Shown: positions 31,335-42,463 of the stretch, in pieces | Layout of the letters: each line of letters begins with the position of its first letter | How positions within the stretch are numbered: position 1 is the stretch's first letter | Assembly (NCBI GenBank): GCA_021154985.1 | Contig: JAJNQE010000025.1 | Location: forward strand, 19,026-83,025 | Source of the DNA: Hydrogenophaga sp. | Lineage (GTDB): Bacteria > Pseudomonadota > Gammaproteobacteria > Burkholderiales > Burkholderiaceae_C | Direction of reading: 5' to 3' | DNA length: 64,000 nt | Position numbers and translations under genes: made by a program | The notes under the pieces: model-generated | The model's database searches: none | Seen by the model: only the letters and a program-made list of their open reading frames with translations | Told to the model about the DNA's origin: nothing

Positions 31335-32249
31335 TCAGTGCCCGCCGCGCAATTTGTCGATCAGGCCATTGAGGGCGTCGAGAGAGCCGAACTGGATCGC
31401 GATCTCGCCCATTTCCTCGATGCGCCCGTGGCGCTTGAGGCGCTTCTTCACCCGCACCTCGACCTCGGCCATCAACAGGTCGGCCAGCTCTTCTTCCACG
31501 CGGCGGATGTCGCGCGACTTGTCTTTCTTGAGCTTTTGCGGTGACAGCGCGAACTCGGCACCCAGCTTCTTGACCAGGCTTTCCGCCTCGCGCACCGACA
31601 TCTTTTTGGCGGCAATCTGGTTGCCCGCGGTGATCTGGTTGGCCTTGTCCAGCGCCAGCAAGGCGCGCGCATGGCCCATGTCCAGGTCGCCGGCCATGAG
31701 CATGGTCTGCACCGGCTCGGCCAGTTGCAGCAGGCGCAGCAGGTTGCTGGCGGCGCTGCGCGAGCGGCCCACGGCCTGTGCCGCTTGTTCGTGAGTGAGC
31801 CCAAACTCTTTCACCAGCCGTTGCAGGCCATGGGCTTCTTCCAGCGGATTGAGGTCCTCGCGCTGCATGTTCTCGATCAGCGCCATGGCGGCGGCCGATT
31901 CGTCGGGCACGTCGCGCACCAGCACCGGCACGCTCTCCAGCCCGGCCAGCTTCGAAGCGCGGAAGCGCCGCTCGCCGGCGATGATCTCGTACTTGCCGGC
32001 GTTCGGACCACCGGTGAGCTGGCGCACCAGGATGGGCTGCATCACGCCCTGGGCCTTGATGCTCTCGGCCAGCTCGTACAACGCGCCCTCGTCCATGTGG
32101 GTGCGGGGCTGGTATTGGCCGGCCACCAACTCGGCGAGCGGCAGGTTCGACGGCAGGCTGTCCGCGTCGGCCGGCGCGCTGTCCACCACTTTGGGGCCCA
32201 GCAGGGCTTCGAGTCCACGGCCGAGGCCCTTGGGTTTTTTGGTGACCAT
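31335..32249 (-). CDS. parB: chromosome partitioning protein ParB
   Basis: KGLGRGLEALLG, IIAGERRFRA, ENMQREDLNPLEEA. Confidence 0.96.
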   Translation of the reverse strand: MVTKKPKGLGRGLEALLGPKVVDSAPADADSLPSNLPLAELVAGQYQPRTHMDEGALYELAESIKAQGVMQPILVRQLTGGPNAGKYEIIAGERRFRASKLAGLESVPVLVRDVPDESAAAMALIENMQREDLNPLEEAHGLQRLVKEFGLTHEQAAQAVGRSRSAASNLLRLLQLAEPVQTMLMAGDLDMGHARALLALDKANQITAGNQIAAKKMSVREAESLVKKLGAEFALSPQKLKKDKSRDIRRVEEELADLLMAEVEVRVKKRLKRHGRIEEMGEIAIQFGSLDALNGLIDKLRGGH

Positions 32250-32266
32250 GGGTCGTCTTTCGAAAG

Positions 32267-32809
32267 TCAAAGGTTCAGGAGTTCGGCGAGCACCGCGTGA
32301 CCGACCGGCCAATCGCCCAGGCCGGACTCCGCGTTGATGTGGCCAGCCTCGCCCAGGTCGACGAAGCGCGATCCCCAGGCGGCTGCGAAGGCTTGAGCCC
32401 GCTCGAAGCTGCAATACGGGTCGTTGCGGCTGCCGATCAGCACGCTGGGGAATGGCAGGCGCTGCATGGCGATCGGTGACCAACTGGGCAGCAGCGGGCG
32501 CATCTCGTCCCGCTCGGCGTCACCCGGGGCCACTAGCAGCGCGGCTTTCACGCGACCGGTGTTCTGCGAGTGCGACGCCCAGGCTGCGGTGTGAAGGCAG
32601 CCCAGGCTGTGGGCCACCAGCACGGCCGGTTCGTCGCAGGTCATCAGCAAGACTTCTTCCAGCCGGGCGATCCAGTCGCCACGCTTGGGCCGCATCCAGT
32701 CGTGCTGGTCCACACGGCGGTAGCCGTGTTGGGCTTCCCAGCGGCTTTGCCAGTGCTCAGGACCGCTGTTCTGCCAGCCGGGGAGGACGAGGACGTTCTC
32801 AGGTTTCAC
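32267..32809 (-). CDS. RBBP9/YdeN family alpha/beta hydrolase
   Basis: PGWQNSGPEHWQ, VAHSLGC nucleophile, SRNDPY, AGHIN; GTG start 8 nt after GAGGA (alternative ATG at 32818). Confidence 0.88.
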   Translation of the reverse strand: MKPENVLVLPGWQNSGPEHWQSRWEAQHGYRRVDQHDWMRPKRGDWIARLEEVLLMTCDEPAVLVAHSLGCLHTAAWASHSQNTGRVKAALLVAPGDAERDEMRPLLPSWSPIAMQRLPFPSVLIGSRNDPYCSFERAQAFAAAWGSRFVDLGEAGHINAESGLGDWPVGHAVLAELLNL

Positions 32810-32817
32810 GTGAAACA
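32802..32817. promoter_or_regulatory. parS centromere site 1
   Basis: GGTTTCACGTGAAACA, 15/16 to the chromosomal parS consensus TGTTTCACGTGAAACA. Confidence 0.85.
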
Positions 32818-32825
32818 TCCTCGCT

Positions 32826-33596
32826 TCAGAGCTTTCCAATGCGATCGACCATTTCCTGGGCGAAGGCCACAAACGCCTGGCTGCCACGCGCGGAAGGGTC
32901 GAACACCACGCCGGGCAATCCGTAGCTGGGAGCCTCGGCCAGGCGCACGTTGCGCGGGATCACGGTGTCGAACACCTTGTCGCCGAAATGGGCCTTGAGC
33001 TGGTCGCTCACCTGCTGCTGCAGGGTGATGCGCGGGTCGAACATGACGCGCAGCAGGCCAATGATGGCGAGGTCTTTGTTAAGGTTGGCGTGCACCTGCT
33101 TGATGGTGTTGACCAGATCGGTCAGGCCTTCGAGCGCGAAATACTCGCACTGCATGGGCACGATCACGCCGTGCGCGGCGCACAGGCCGTTGAGGGTGAG
33201 CATGCTCAAGCTGGGCGGGCAGTCGATCAGCACGAAGTCGTAGGCGTCCGCCACCTCGGCCAACGAGGTTTTCAGGCGCTTTTCACGCCGCTCCACCTCC
33301 ACCAGCTCCACCTCGGCGCCGGCGAGTTCGCGGTTGGCACCCAGCACGTGGTAGCCGCACTTCTCCGAATACACCGCGGCTTCAGCCACTGAGGCAGACT
33401 CCAGCAACACGTCGTACACCGACAGCGCCATCTGACGCTTGTCCACGCCCGAACCCATGGTGGCGTTGCCCTGCGGGTCGAGGTCGACCATCAGCACGCG
33501 CTGGCCCACCTCGGCCAGGCCCGCGGCCAGGTTCACCGTGGTGGTGGTCTTGCCCACCCCGCCCTTCTGGTTCGCGATGCAGAAAATCTTGGCCAT
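32826..33596 (-). CDS. parA: chromosome partitioning ATPase ParA/Soj
   Basis: ANQKGGVGKTTT, DLDPQGNAT, IDCPPSL, IPRNVRLAEAPS. Confidence 0.96.
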   Translation of the reverse strand: MAKIFCIANQKGGVGKTTTTVNLAAGLAEVGQRVLMVDLDPQGNATMGSGVDKRQMALSVYDVLLESASVAEAAVYSEKCGYHVLGANRELAGAEVELVEVERREKRLKTSLAEVADAYDFVLIDCPPSLSMLTLNGLCAAHGVIVPMQCEYFALEGLTDLVNTIKQVHANLNKDLAIIGLLRVMFDPRITLQQQVSDQLKAHFGDKVFDTVIPRNVRLAEAPSYGLPGVVFDPSARGSQAFVAFAQEMVDRIGKL

Positions 33597-33605
33597 GGGT
33601 TCTTC

Positions 33606-34220
33606 TTATTTGGAGATGGCCAGCTTGATGCCGAAACCGATGAGGAAGATGCCAGCGATCTTTTCCAGCGCACGGCCGATGGCCGGATTGGCGCGCATGC
33701 GCTCGGCAAGAAAGTGGGTCAGCAGCGTGACCGCCAAGCCGTAAGCGAAGGTGAGCACCGCGATGGTGGCGGCCATGGCGCCAAAAGTCACCAGACCCTT
33801 GTGGCGGGCAGGGTCCACGAAAAGCGGGAAGAACGCCATGTAGAACACGATGGCCTTGGGGTTCAGCAGGGTGATGACCAGGGCCTGCTGGAAATACTGG
33901 CGCGGGCGGATGTTGAGAATGGGTGCATCACCCGGTTTGGCCACCAACATCTTGAACCCCAGCCAGGCGAGGTACGCGGCGCCAAGCCACTGCACCGCAC
34001 TGAACGCCGCCGGGTAGGCCGCGAGCAAGGCCGCCACACCGGCCACCGCCAGCCACATCAGCACCTGATCACCGGCGATCAGCCCCAGCGTGGCAGCCAG
34101 CCCGCCGCGCATGCCGCCTTTGCCGGTGGAAGTGACCAACGCCAGATTGCCTGGCCCCGGAATGAGCAGAAACACGACGATGGCGGCGACAAAAGCGCCG
34201 TAGTCTGCGATGCCGAACAT
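33606..34220 (-). CDS. LysE/LeuE family amino acid exporter
   Basis: LIPGPGN, LGAAYLAWLG, TLLNPKAIVFY. Confidence 0.9.
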   Translation of the reverse strand: MFGIADYGAFVAAIVVFLLIPGPGNLALVTSTGKGGMRGGLAATLGLIAGDQVLMWLAVAGVAALLAAYPAAFSAVQWLGAAYLAWLGFKMLVAKPGDAPILNIRPRQYFQQALVITLLNPKAIVFYMAFFPLFVDPARHKGLVTFGAMAATIAVLTFAYGLAVTLLTHFLAERMRANPAIGRALEKIAGIFLIGFGIKLAISK

Positions 34221-34310
34221 GGAGAACCCCCGGGAAGTGGAGGGTCGAGTTTACGTGAAGGGTTTTGGCGCCCCGCCCTCATTCAGCCCGGCGAGCGCGG
34301 GCTGTGATGC

Positions 34311-34985
34311 TCAGGCAACAGCCGGGGCGCCGGGGCGCATCCAGACGATGCAGCGCTCGCCCTCCAGCCCGGGCACCTGGAGTTGTTCCACGTGAAACAC
34401 GTCCACTGCGGGCGCCTCGGCCGCCAGGGTGGCCAACTCGTCAACGGGGTGCTTGCCCTTCATGGCCATCCACACGCCACCGGGATTCAAGGCCGCTTGC
34501 GACCAGTGGGTGAAATCCACCAGCGAGGCAAAGGCGCGCGAGCACACCACGTCAAACCCCTGCCCCGACAAGGCGCTGAGGCTTTCCACCCGCGCGTGCA
34601 GTCCGCGCAGATTGGGCAGCTTGAGCGTGGCGGCGGCCTGCTGGATGAACGCCGCCTTCTTGGCCACCGTGTCCACACAGGTCACGTCGATCTGCGGGCA
34701 GGCGATGGCCATCACCACGCCGGGCAAACCGCCGCCGGAGCCCACGTCGAGCAGCTTCACCGGGCGATCGCCAATCTGTTGGAGCAGGGGCTTGATGGCC
34801 GCCAAACTGTCGAGCAGGTGGTGGGTCATCATCTCGGCGGGGTCGCGCACGGCCGTGAGGTTGTAGACCTTGTTCCATTTCTGGAGCAAGCCCAGGTAGT
34901 CGAGCAACAGGTCGATCTGACGCGCGTCGAGCGCGAGCTGGAGCGACTGCAGACCGGCCTGCAGCGTGGTTCTCAGATCGCTCAT
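34311..34985 (-). CDS. rsmG: 16S rRNA m7G527 methyltransferase
   Basis: [31 protein letters not shown]. Confidence 0.96.
   Translation of the reverse strand: MSDLRTTLQAGLQSLQLALDARQIDLLLDYLGLLQKWNKVYNLTAVRDPAEMMTHHLLDSLAAIKPLLQQIGDRPVKLLDVGSGGGLPGVVMAIACPQIDVTCVDTVAKKAAFIQQAAATLKLPNLRGLHARVESLSALSGQGFDVVCSRAFASLVDFTHWSQAALNPGGVWMAMKGKHPVDELATLAAEAPAVDVFHVEQLQVPGLEGERCIVWMRPGAPAVA
34384..34399. promoter_or_regulatory. parS centromere site 2 (inside rsmG)
   Basis: TGTTCCACGTGAAACA. Confidence 0.8.
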
Positions 34986-36955
34986 GCTTGGGCGTCGGCC
35001 GCCGCCGGCAAGGTGGCGAAGCCCTTGAAGCCACCCTTCTTCAGGTGAATCAACAACAGCGAGATGCTCGCCGGCGTGATGCCTGAAATGCGCGAGGCCT
35101 GCCCGAGGGTTTCGGGCCGGTGCTTGGCCAGCTTTTGCCGGGCTTCAAAAGACAGCGCCGTCACCTGCAAATAATCCAGGTCGGTCGGCAGCTTCAGGCC
35201 CTCGTAGTGCGCGGACCGCTCCACCTCGTTTTTCTGCCGATCGATGTAGCCCGAGTACTTGGCCGCGATCTCCACCTGCTCCACCACCGGCTCCAGCAGG
35301 TCGCCCAGTGTTTCACGTGAAACGTCAGGCCCCACGTATTTGCCGCCATCGAGCCCCACCAGATCCGGATAGGCCACGCCCGGCCGACGCAACAGATCGA
35401 ACAGGTTGTGCTCGTGCTCGATCGCCTTGCCCAGCACCCGCTCCGACTCGGCCGCCGGCAGGTTGCGCGGATTGACCCAGGTGGCCTTGAGGCGTTCTGT
35501 TTCACGTGAAACCGCATCGCGCTTGTGGCAAAAGGCGTCCCACTGCGCGTCGCCCACCAGCCCCATGCGGCGATCGGCTTCGGTCAGGCGCATGTCGGCG
35601 TTGTCCTCGCGCAGCTGCAGGCGGAACTCGGCCCGGCTGGTGAACATGCGGTAGGGCTCGGTCACGCCCTGGGTGATCAGGTCGTCGACCAGCACGCCCA
35701 AGTACGCTTCATCTCGCCCCGGCAGCCAGGCGCCCTCGCCGCGGCACTGGAGCGCGGCGTTGATGCCGGCGAACATGCCCTGCGCTGCAGCCTCTTCGTA
35801 ACCGGTGGTGCCATTGATCTGGCCCGCAAAAAACAGGCCCTGGATCTGTTTGGTCTCGAAACTGCTCTTGAGCGAGCGCGGGTCGAAATAGTCGTATTCG
35901 ATGGCGTAGCCGGGCCGCAGGATGTGCGCGTTCTCCAGCCCCTTCATGCTGCGCACCAGTTCGTACTGGATGTCGAACGGCAGGCTGGTGGAGATGCCGT
36001 TGGGGTAGACCTCGTGCGTGGTCAGGCCCTCGGGCTCCAGAAAAATCTGGTGGCTGTCCTTGTCGGCGAAGCGGTTGATCTTGTCTTCCACGCTCGGGCA
36101 ATAGCGCGGGCCCACGCCTTCAATCTTGCCGGTGAACATGGGGCTGCGGTCAAAGCCGCTGCGGATGATCTCGTGCGTGCGCTCATTGGTGTGCGTGATC
36201 CAGCACGGCACCTGCTGCGGGTGCATGGCCGCGTTGCCCATGAAGCTGAACACCGGCACCGGCTGGTCGGCGTTCATGCCGCCGGGCACGCCGTCGCCGG
36301 GTTGTTCGGTGCACTTTGAATAATCGATGCTGCGCCCATCCAGGCGCGGCGGCGTACCGGTTTTCAGGCGGCCCTGCGGCAGCTGCAGTTCTTTCAGCCG
36401 GGCCGAGAGCGACACGGCCGGCGGGTCTCCGGCGCGGCCGGCCGCGTAATTGTTCAGGCCCACGTGGATCTTGCCGTCCAGAAAGGTGCCGGCGGTCAGC
36501 ACCACGGTGCGGCTGCGGAAGCGGATGCCCACCTGCGTCACCGCGCCCACCACGCGGTCACCTTCCACCATGAGGTCGTCCACCGCCTGCTGGAACAACC
36601 AGAGGTTGGGCTGGTTCTCCAGCATGCGGCGGATGGCCGCCTTGTAGAGCACGCGGTCGGCCTGGGCACGGGTGGCGCGCACGGCCGGGCCTTTGGAGCT
36701 GTTCAAGATGCGGAACTGGATGCCGCCCTCGTCGGTGGCCAGCGCCATGGCGCCGCCCATGGCGTCCACCTCTTTCACCAGGTGGCCCTTGCCGATACCG
36801 CCAATGCTGGGGTTGCAGCTCATCTGGCCCAGGGTCTCGATGTTGTGGGTCAGCAGCAGGGTTCTCTGCCCCATGCGGGCGGCCGCCAGCGCGGCCTCGG
36901 TGCCGGCGTGGCCGCCGCCGACGACGATGACGTCAAATTCCTGGGGATACAACAT
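34982..36955 (-). CDS. mnmG: tRNA uridine 5-carboxymethylaminomethyl modification enzyme
   Basis: [54 protein letters not shown]. Confidence 0.98.
   Translation of the reverse strand: MLYPQEFDVIVVGGGHAGTEAALAAARMGQRTLLLTHNIETLGQMSCNPSIGGIGKGHLVKEVDAMGGAMALATDEGGIQFRILNSSKGPAVRATRAQADRVLYKAAIRRMLENQPNLWLFQQAVDDLMVEGDRVVGAVTQVGIRFRSRTVVLTAGTFLDGKIHVGLNNYAAGRAGDPPAVSLSARLKELQLPQGRLKTGTPPRLDGRSIDYSKCTEQPGDGVPGGMNADQPVPVFSFMGNAAMHPQQVPCWITHTNERTHEIIRSGFDRSPMFTGKIEGVGPRYCPSVEDKINRFADKDSHQIFLEPEGLTTHEVYPNGISTSLPFDIQYELVRSMKGLENAHILRPGYAIEYDYFDPRSLKSSFETKQIQGLFFAGQINGTTGYEEAAAQGMFAGINAALQCRGEGAWLPGRDEAYLGVLVDDLITQGVTEPYRMFTSRAEFRLQLREDNADMRLTEADRRMGLVGDAQWDAFCHKRDAVSRETERLKATWVNPRNLPAAESERVLGKAIEHEHNLFDLLRRPGVAYPDLVGLDGGKYVGPDVSRETLGDLLEPVVEQVEIAAKYSGYIDRQKNEVERSAHYEGLKLPTDLDYLQVTALSFEARQKLAKHRPETLGQASRISGITPASISLLLIHLKKGGFKGFATLPAAADAQA
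35309..35324. promoter_or_regulatory. parS centromere site 3 (inside mnmG)
   Basis: TGTTTCACGTGAAACG; reads VSRET in MnmG. Confidence 0.85.
35498..35513. promoter_or_regulatory. parS centromere site 4 (inside mnmG)
   Basis: TGTTTCACGTGAAACC; reads VSRET in MnmG. Confidence 0.85.
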
Positions 36956-37142
36956 GGTGGTGGTCGCTTGTGGGGGGCTGTCTGCCCGGCGCCCCGGGCA
37001 ACCCGCGATTGTCCCACCGTTGGGCGTTTTCTGCCCCACCCCGCGCGCACCGCCCACGGCGCTGGCCGGATGGCGCCGCCGCGCCCGAATTTCTAACCTG
37101 CATGGCAGCCCAATCCCGGGCCCACCACAGGAAACAAGCCCC

Positions 37143-37526
37143 ATGAAAATCCCTTGGCTCGTGGCCAGCACCACCGCGCTGGCCTGTTTCAACGCACAAG
37201 CCGCCGGCTTCATGTTCGGCATCAGCCACAACTTCGGCGGCGACACCGGCGTCACTTTCAAGATCCTGTCGACCGACCGGCGCAACCGCCCCGTGGTGGC
37301 CGCCGGCGTGAGCTTCTTCCCCGGCGAGGGCCGACGCATCGGCCTGGACGTGGGTGTGGGCTACAACTTCCGCCAGACCACCGTCACCATCGGCCGCGAC
37401 CTGGTGATGGAGCGGTTCCAGGTGGCCTGGGGCATCGCCAGCCGCCGCTGCCCGCCCGCTCAAGCCGCACCACCAGCCTCTCCCCCCGGGTTTGAAGACA
37501 GCGGCTTCTTCGACAGCTCGTTCTGA
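37143..37526 (+). CDS. hypothetical secreted beta-strand-rich protein
   Basis: AGGA RBS, signal peptide ending in AQA, alternating hydrophobic strands ([10 protein letters not shown]). Confidence 0.6.
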   Translation: MKIPWLVASTTALACFNAQAAGFMFGISHNFGGDTGVTFKILSTDRRNRPVVAAGVSFFPGEGRRIGLDVGVGYNFRQTTVTIGRDLVMERFQVAWGIASRRCPPAQAAPPASPPGFEDSGFFDSSF

Positions 37527-37549
37527 GCGAAGGCCGCGACAATGGCGGC

Positions 37550-38140
37550 ATGAGCACACTCCCCTCCCTCCTCGTTTTCGCCGGCAGCACCCGCGCCCAG
37601 TCCTTCAACCGCCAACTGGCCGCCGCCGCCGCCCGGCACGCCGCAGCCCAAGGCGCCCAGGTCACCCACATCGAACTGGCCGACTTCGACCTGCCGCTCT
37701 ACAACGCCGACCTCGAAGCACGCGGCACGCCCGCCGCGGCCGTGAAGCTCAAGGAGCTGTTCCACGCCCACCCGGCCTGGATCATTGCCTCGCCCGAATA
37801 CAACGGCAGCTACACCGGCTTGCTCAAAAACACCATCGACTGGGTCTCCAGCCCCATCAAGGGCGACCCGCTCTGGTCCAGCGGCACCAAGCCGTTTGCG
37901 GGCAAGGTGGTGGGTTTGCTGAGCGCTTCGCCCGGCGCCTTGGGTGGCCTGAGAAGCTTGTCCCACCTCACCCCACTGCTATTGAATTTGCAGTGCTGGG
38001 TGGCACCGAAGCAGTTTGCACTGGGCAAGGCGGGTGAGGCTTTCAACGCCGACGGCGAACTCGTTGCCGAGCCGGCGCGCAACGCGGTGCACGGCGTGGT
38101 CGACCAGGTGCTGTGGGCCGGCCAGCGCTTCGCGGGCTGA
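37550..38140 (+). CDS. NADPH-dependent FMN reductase
   Basis: AGSTRAQSFN, LPLYNADLE, SPEYNGSYTGLLKNTIDW, SASPGALGG. Confidence 0.92.
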   Translation: MSTLPSLLVFAGSTRAQSFNRQLAAAAARHAAAQGAQVTHIELADFDLPLYNADLEARGTPAAAVKLKELFHAHPAWIIASPEYNGSYTGLLKNTIDWVSSPIKGDPLWSSGTKPFAGKVVGLLSASPGALGGLRSLSHLTPLLLNLQCWVAPKQFALGKAGEAFNADGELVAEPARNAVHGVVDQVLWAGQRFAG

Positions 38141-38150
38141 GCCCTGCCGC

Positions 38151-39545
38151 TCAGGGCGCCTTGGTGCGCTGCAGGATCTGATCGGTCAGCTTCTGGTAGA
38201 TGCCGTCGAAATGGTGGCCACCGGCCATGGGCACCGGGGTCGCGAATTCGGCAGCCACGTGTGGACACAGGGTGTCGCGGTCGTCGGTGCCATAAATGCA
38301 CAAGGTTTTGGCGGCCACCATTTTCTGAAGCTCAGGCATCAGCGGCAGGCCGGCGGTGTTTTTGGTCATCCAGTTGCTCAGGCGGAATTCGAACGACGCC
38401 TTTTCACCCGGGCCAATGAGCACCGTGTGCGCCAGCAGGGCGCTGGACGTGGCGGGCAGGCGGTTGACCGCAAACGGCAGCACATCGGCACCCTGCGAGT
38501 AGCCAATCAGCAACACGCGCGTCTTCTTCCACTGCACGGCAAAGCTGCGCATCACGCGGTCGAGGTCCTGCGCCAGGCCCTCGGGCGTGCGGGCCGACCA
38601 GAAATAGCGCAATGAATCCAGACCCACCACCGACACACCGGCGGCCGAGAGCTTGGCCGCCAGTTGCTTGTCGATGCCCGCCCAGCCACCATCGCCCGAC
38701 AGCAGAACGGCCAGCGTGTCCGAGGGCACGGCGCTGGGCACGAGCACCAGCGGCAGGTCGGCCACGCCGCTGTCCGGCGCGAGTGGCAGAGGACCCGTGT
38801 CCTTGGTGAGCTTCTGGTGCGCAGCCAGCAGCGCGGGCAAGGCTGCGGCACCCAGCGCGCCGGCGTGGTCGGCCCCGGGCACCAGCACCCGCTGCGCGCC
38901 AGCCACCTGGGCCACGAACTTCTGCACGCTGGCAGGGCTGCACACCTTATCTTCGCTGCCTTGCAACACCACCCACGGTGCGCTCAGTTTGGGCGTGGGC
39001 AAAAGCGCCAGGCCGGCACCGCCGGGGCGCTTGGTGAAGTGCACACCTTCGCCCCGGCACAGCGGCTTCTTCAGCGCCAGTTCCGGGCAAAAGCCCATGG
39101 AAATGGCGCCGCCAAACGTGTCTGCCGGCGCCTGCGCGAGCATGGCGTAACCCAGGGTGCCGCCCAGCCCCGGGCCCACCAGCAGCGGGGGGAAATACGC
39201 GGGCAGACGGGCATACCCCTGCAGAAAATGCGAGAGGTTTTCCAGATCGCCGTCGGGCAGCAGGCAGTCGCCGCTGTCGCGGACCATCTGCGCCAGCACC
39301 TGCGGGGTGTTGATGCCCGCCACCGCAGCGCCTTGGTCGGCCAGCGCCTGGGCCTGCCCGGCCAGCGCGGGTGTCCAGCCGGCTTCGCCCGAGAGAAACA
39401 GCACAAACGAATTGGCCTCGCCCTTGGGCCGGTACAGCGAAACCTCCTTGAAACTGCCGTGGGAGATTTTTTCCTGCGCGTGGGCCGCAACAGGGACGCC
39501 GAAGGCCAGCGCAACGGTCAACCAGGTGGTGACGATGGATTTCAT
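38151..39545 (-). CDS. AcvB/VirJ family lysyl-phosphatidylglycerol hydrolase
   Basis: signal peptide, LSGDGGW, DSLRYFW, IGYSQGAD, GGHHFDG. Confidence 0.9.
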   Translation of the reverse strand: MKSIVTTWLTVALAFGVPVAAHAQEKISHGSFKEVSLYRPKGEANSFVLFLSGEAGWTPALAGQAQALADQGAAVAGINTPQVLAQMVRDSGDCLLPDGDLENLSHFLQGYARLPAYFPPLLVGPGLGGTLGYAMLAQAPADTFGGAISMGFCPELALKKPLCRGEGVHFTKRPGGAGLALLPTPKLSAPWVVLQGSEDKVCSPASVQKFVAQVAGAQRVLVPGADHAGALGAAALPALLAAHQKLTKDTGPLPLAPDSGVADLPLVLVPSAVPSDTLAVLLSGDGGWAGIDKQLAAKLSAAGVSVVGLDSLRYFWSARTPEGLAQDLDRVMRSFAVQWKKTRVLLIGYSQGADVLPFAVNRLPATSSALLAHTVLIGPGEKASFEFRLSNWMTKNTAGLPLMPELQKMVAAKTLCIYGTDDRDTLCPHVAAEFATPVPMAGGHHFDGIYQKLTDQILQRTKAP

Positions 39546-42118
39546 TTGGCGATCACGCGGCGCAGGCCGCCGGCAATGAGGGCGGCGACATCCGCCAGGA
39601 TGAAAAAAGGCGCAAAGCCGCCCGGGCAGGCGAGGTAGCGGGGCTCCCAGGTGGGATCGAATTTTTCCTTGAAACCCCGCAATCCCTGGAAGTTGTAGAA
39701 GTTTTCACCGTGGTTGAACAGCAGCCGCCCCAGCCGGTGCCAGTTGGGTGCCAGCGGGTGCTGCGCCATGCCTGAGAGCGGCACCATGCCCAGATTGAAG
39801 CGCTGGTAGCCCTGGGCCTTGAAGTGCAGCAGCGTTTGTGCGAACAGGAAATCCATCGAGCTGCGCGGCGCATCGGGCAACTGCCGCATGAGATCCACGC
39901 TGGCCTCGTGTTTCTGGTCGGTGCACAACAAGGTGGCGAAGGCCACCAGCCGATCGCCCTGGCGCACCACCGCGATCGGCTGACGCAACACGTAGTCGCG
40001 GTGGAAGGCGCCGAGCGAAAACGACTTCTCCGCTGTGTTGTGGTCGCTCAGCCAGGCATCAGAAATGGCCTGCAGCTCACCGAACAGGCCTTCGGTCTGG
40101 CCGGGCGCCAGCACCTCGAAGCTCAGTTCCTCGCGCTGCGCACGCGCCACACCGTGGCGCAGGTTGGCGCGGCGCTTGCCTTCCAGGCTGAAGCCGGGCA
40201 AGTCCACCAGCGCACATTCACCGAGCTTGTACACGCGCAGGCCGGCGTCCAGGTACACCGGCAGACCTTCCGGGCGCACCTGGTAAAAAGCGGCACGCCC
40301 ACCAGCCTCACGCGCCTGCTCCACGAAGCGCCAGACCAGCTCGGTCCACTCGGACGCCGGGCCCACCGGGTCGTACAGCGCCACCCAGGAGCGCCCGCGC
40401 CGCCCGAACATGATGAAAGCCCGCTGCGAGTCCGACACCATCAGGCTCTTGTCGCCCATCATCACCAGCCCGGCACCCGCCGAGCCTTGCGTGCGCACGA
40501 TGCGCGCGGCCTGGTCCAGCGCACCCGGGTCGGGCTTCACCAGCGCCGTGCGCGGACGGCGCAGCAGCTGGCTCAGCGCCACCACCAGCGTGATCAGGGC
40601 CACCGCCACCATGGCCCGCAGCGAGCGCGGCGCATAGCCGTCGAACTCGAACTGCCACCAGACCTGGTTGACGTATTCCACGTCGCGGTACACAAAAAAC
40701 AGCAGCGCCGTGAGCGCCGCCAGCACCGCGGCCACCGCCGCCAGCCAGCCCCATGTGAAGGCCTGCGAAAACAGCGCGGCCTTGCGGTTGAAGTGCCGCC
40801 GCGAGAGCGCCAGCGAGGCGCCCAGCACCACCAGCAGAACCGCCTCGGAGACCGCAATGCCCTTGGGCAGGCACAGCACCAGGCTCAGCAGCACGAGCAC
40901 CAGACCGGCCCACCACGAGGCATCAAGCCGCAGGAACATGCCGCGCGCCACAAACAGAAGCGCCAGGCCGACGATGCTGCCCAGAAAGTGCGCGGCCTCC
41001 ACCACCGGCAGCGGCATGTACTGCGTGAGCAGGTCGGTCGCGTCCTGCGTGGCCGGCGTCACACCCGACACCAGCAGCGCCACCCCCACCACCCAGGTGA
41101 AAGCCGACAACAGCAACGGCGACAGGCTGGTGGCCGCCTTGACCACCGGCGTGGCCGCGCCCCGGCGCCATTCGGTGGCCGCCAGCCAGGCCACGGCCAG
41201 CGCCAGCGGCAGCAGGTGGTAGACCACGCGGAACAGCACCAAGGCGCCCGCCAGCTGCTCGGCGGGCACGCGCTGGCCCAGCGCCAGCAGCATCACCGCC
41301 TCAAACACCCCCAGCCCGCCCGGCACATGGCTGATCACCCCCAGCGCAATGGCCAGCGCAAAAAACCCCACGAAGGCGGGGAACGCCACCGCATCGGCCG
41401 GCAACAAGACCCACAGCGCCGCAGCGGCAGCCACCACGTCCACCGCCGACACGGCCAACTGCTGTGCGGCGATGGACGCACTGGGCAGGCGCAACACCAC
41501 GCCACCCAGAACCGTCTGCTCACCCCCACGCATGCACACGCCCAGAAACACCCCCGCGGCCACCATCACCGCCACGCCGGCGAACTTGAGCACCTCGGCC
41601 GGCACACCCAGCATGGTCTGAACGGTGTTCGAACCCCACACCAGGCCCGCGGCGCCCACCACCGCAATGCCCACCGTGAAGCCGGCGGCGTTGAAGACAA
41701 TCGCGCGCGAAATCAGCCCCGCCTCAAGCCCGGCGGCGCCGTACAGGCGCAGCCGCACGGCGCCGCCGGTGAGCACGCCCAGGCCGATGGTGTTGGACAA
41801 GGCGTACGCGATGAAGGCGGTCTTGCCGACCACGGGATAGGGCAAGCGCGCGCCGGCGTAGGCGAGCGCGGAACGGTCGTAAAACGTGAGCGCCAGGTAG
41901 CTCACCGCCGTGGCCAACACCGACAGCAGCAAGACCGGCAGCGGGGTGTCCCTCATCTCGGCCACGATCTGGCCGTAGCTGAGCTCGGTCATCACCTTGT
42001 GCGAGGCTTGCACCACCAGCGCGCCCAGCAGAAGCGCCAGCGCTGCGTACACCCACAGACGCCACTGGCTGAGCCGTGAGATCAGCGTGTCGGGGGCAGA
42101 GACGGTCACAAGCGGCAT
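39542..42118 (-). CDS. mprF: bifunctional lysyl-phosphatidylglycerol flippase/synthetase
   Basis: N-terminal TM flippase ([11 protein letters not shown]), C-terminal [30 protein letters not shown]. Confidence 0.93.
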   Translation of the reverse strand: MPLVTVSAPDTLISRLSQWRLWVYAALALLLGALVVQASHKVMTELSYGQIVAEMRDTPLPVLLLSVLATAVSYLALTFYDRSALAYAGARLPYPVVGKTAFIAYALSNTIGLGVLTGGAVRLRLYGAAGLEAGLISRAIVFNAAGFTVGIAVVGAAGLVWGSNTVQTMLGVPAEVLKFAGVAVMVAAGVFLGVCMRGGEQTVLGGVVLRLPSASIAAQQLAVSAVDVVAAAAALWVLLPADAVAFPAFVGFFALAIALGVISHVPGGLGVFEAVMLLALGQRVPAEQLAGALVLFRVVYHLLPLALAVAWLAATEWRRGAATPVVKAATSLSPLLLSAFTWVVGVALLVSGVTPATQDATDLLTQYMPLPVVEAAHFLGSIVGLALLFVARGMFLRLDASWWAGLVLVLLSLVLCLPKGIAVSEAVLLVVLGASLALSRRHFNRKAALFSQAFTWGWLAAVAAVLAALTALLFFVYRDVEYVNQVWWQFEFDGYAPRSLRAMVAVALITLVVALSQLLRRPRTALVKPDPGALDQAARIVRTQGSAGAGLVMMGDKSLMVSDSQRAFIMFGRRGRSWVALYDPVGPASEWTELVWRFVEQAREAGGRAAFYQVRPEGLPVYLDAGLRVYKLGECALVDLPGFSLEGKRRANLRHGVARAQREELSFEVLAPGQTEGLFGELQAISDAWLSDHNTAEKSFSLGAFHRDYVLRQPIAVVRQGDRLVAFATLLCTDQKHEASVDLMRQLPDAPRSSMDFLFAQTLLHFKAQGYQRFNLGMVPLSGMAQHPLAPNWHRLGRLLFNHGENFYNFQGLRGFKEKFDPTWEPRYLACPGGFAPFFILADVAALIAGGLRRVIAK

Positions 42119-42169
42119 GGGCGGACTCAGTGTAGCCCCGGCTCCCGGACAAGGCCGACAATCGCGGGC

Positions 42170-42463
42170 ATGACCTCGGCCGCATCCCGCGCTCCCACCA
42201 CCGCCTGCCGCCCAGGCTGCGCCGCCTGCTGCACCGCTCCTTCCATCAGCAGCCCCTTACCGGGCCTGCCACTGGGCAAGCCGGCCGGCATGGCTTGTCC
42301 GCAGCTTGACGCCGAGCTGCGCTGCCGCCTGTTTGGCCTGCCCGAGCGGCCAGCGGTGTGCAGCTCGCTCGCACCCGGCGCCGAGATGTGCGGCGAGACC
42401 CGCGAACACGCCATGGCCTGGCTCACCCGGCTGGAGCGCGCCACCCAACCCCACACGCCATGA
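42170..42463 (+). CDS. YkgJ family cysteine cluster protein
   Basis: [31 protein letters not shown]. Confidence 0.88.
   Translation: MTSAASRAPTTACRPGCAACCTAPSISSPLPGLPLGKPAGMACPQLDAELRCRLFGLPERPAVCSSLAPGAEMCGETREHAMAWLTRLERATQPHTP

Noticed and set aside
34247..34262. Fifth parS site (GTTTACGTGAAG)
   Set aside because: One base missing and further mismatches; not a convincing palindrome.
36956..37142. oriC upstream of mnmG (gidA)
   Set aside because: The region is GC-rich, with no TTATCCACA DnaA boxes or AT-rich unwinding element.
37900..38045. Patch of atypical codons in the FMN reductase 3' half
   Set aside because: Short, frame intact and no boundary repeats; cannot be told from noise by eye.
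38151..42118. VirJ as evidence of a type IV secretion system or a novel system
   Set aside because: No vir genes are present; mprF(lpiA)-acvB is an established lysyl-PG synthase/hydrolase pair.
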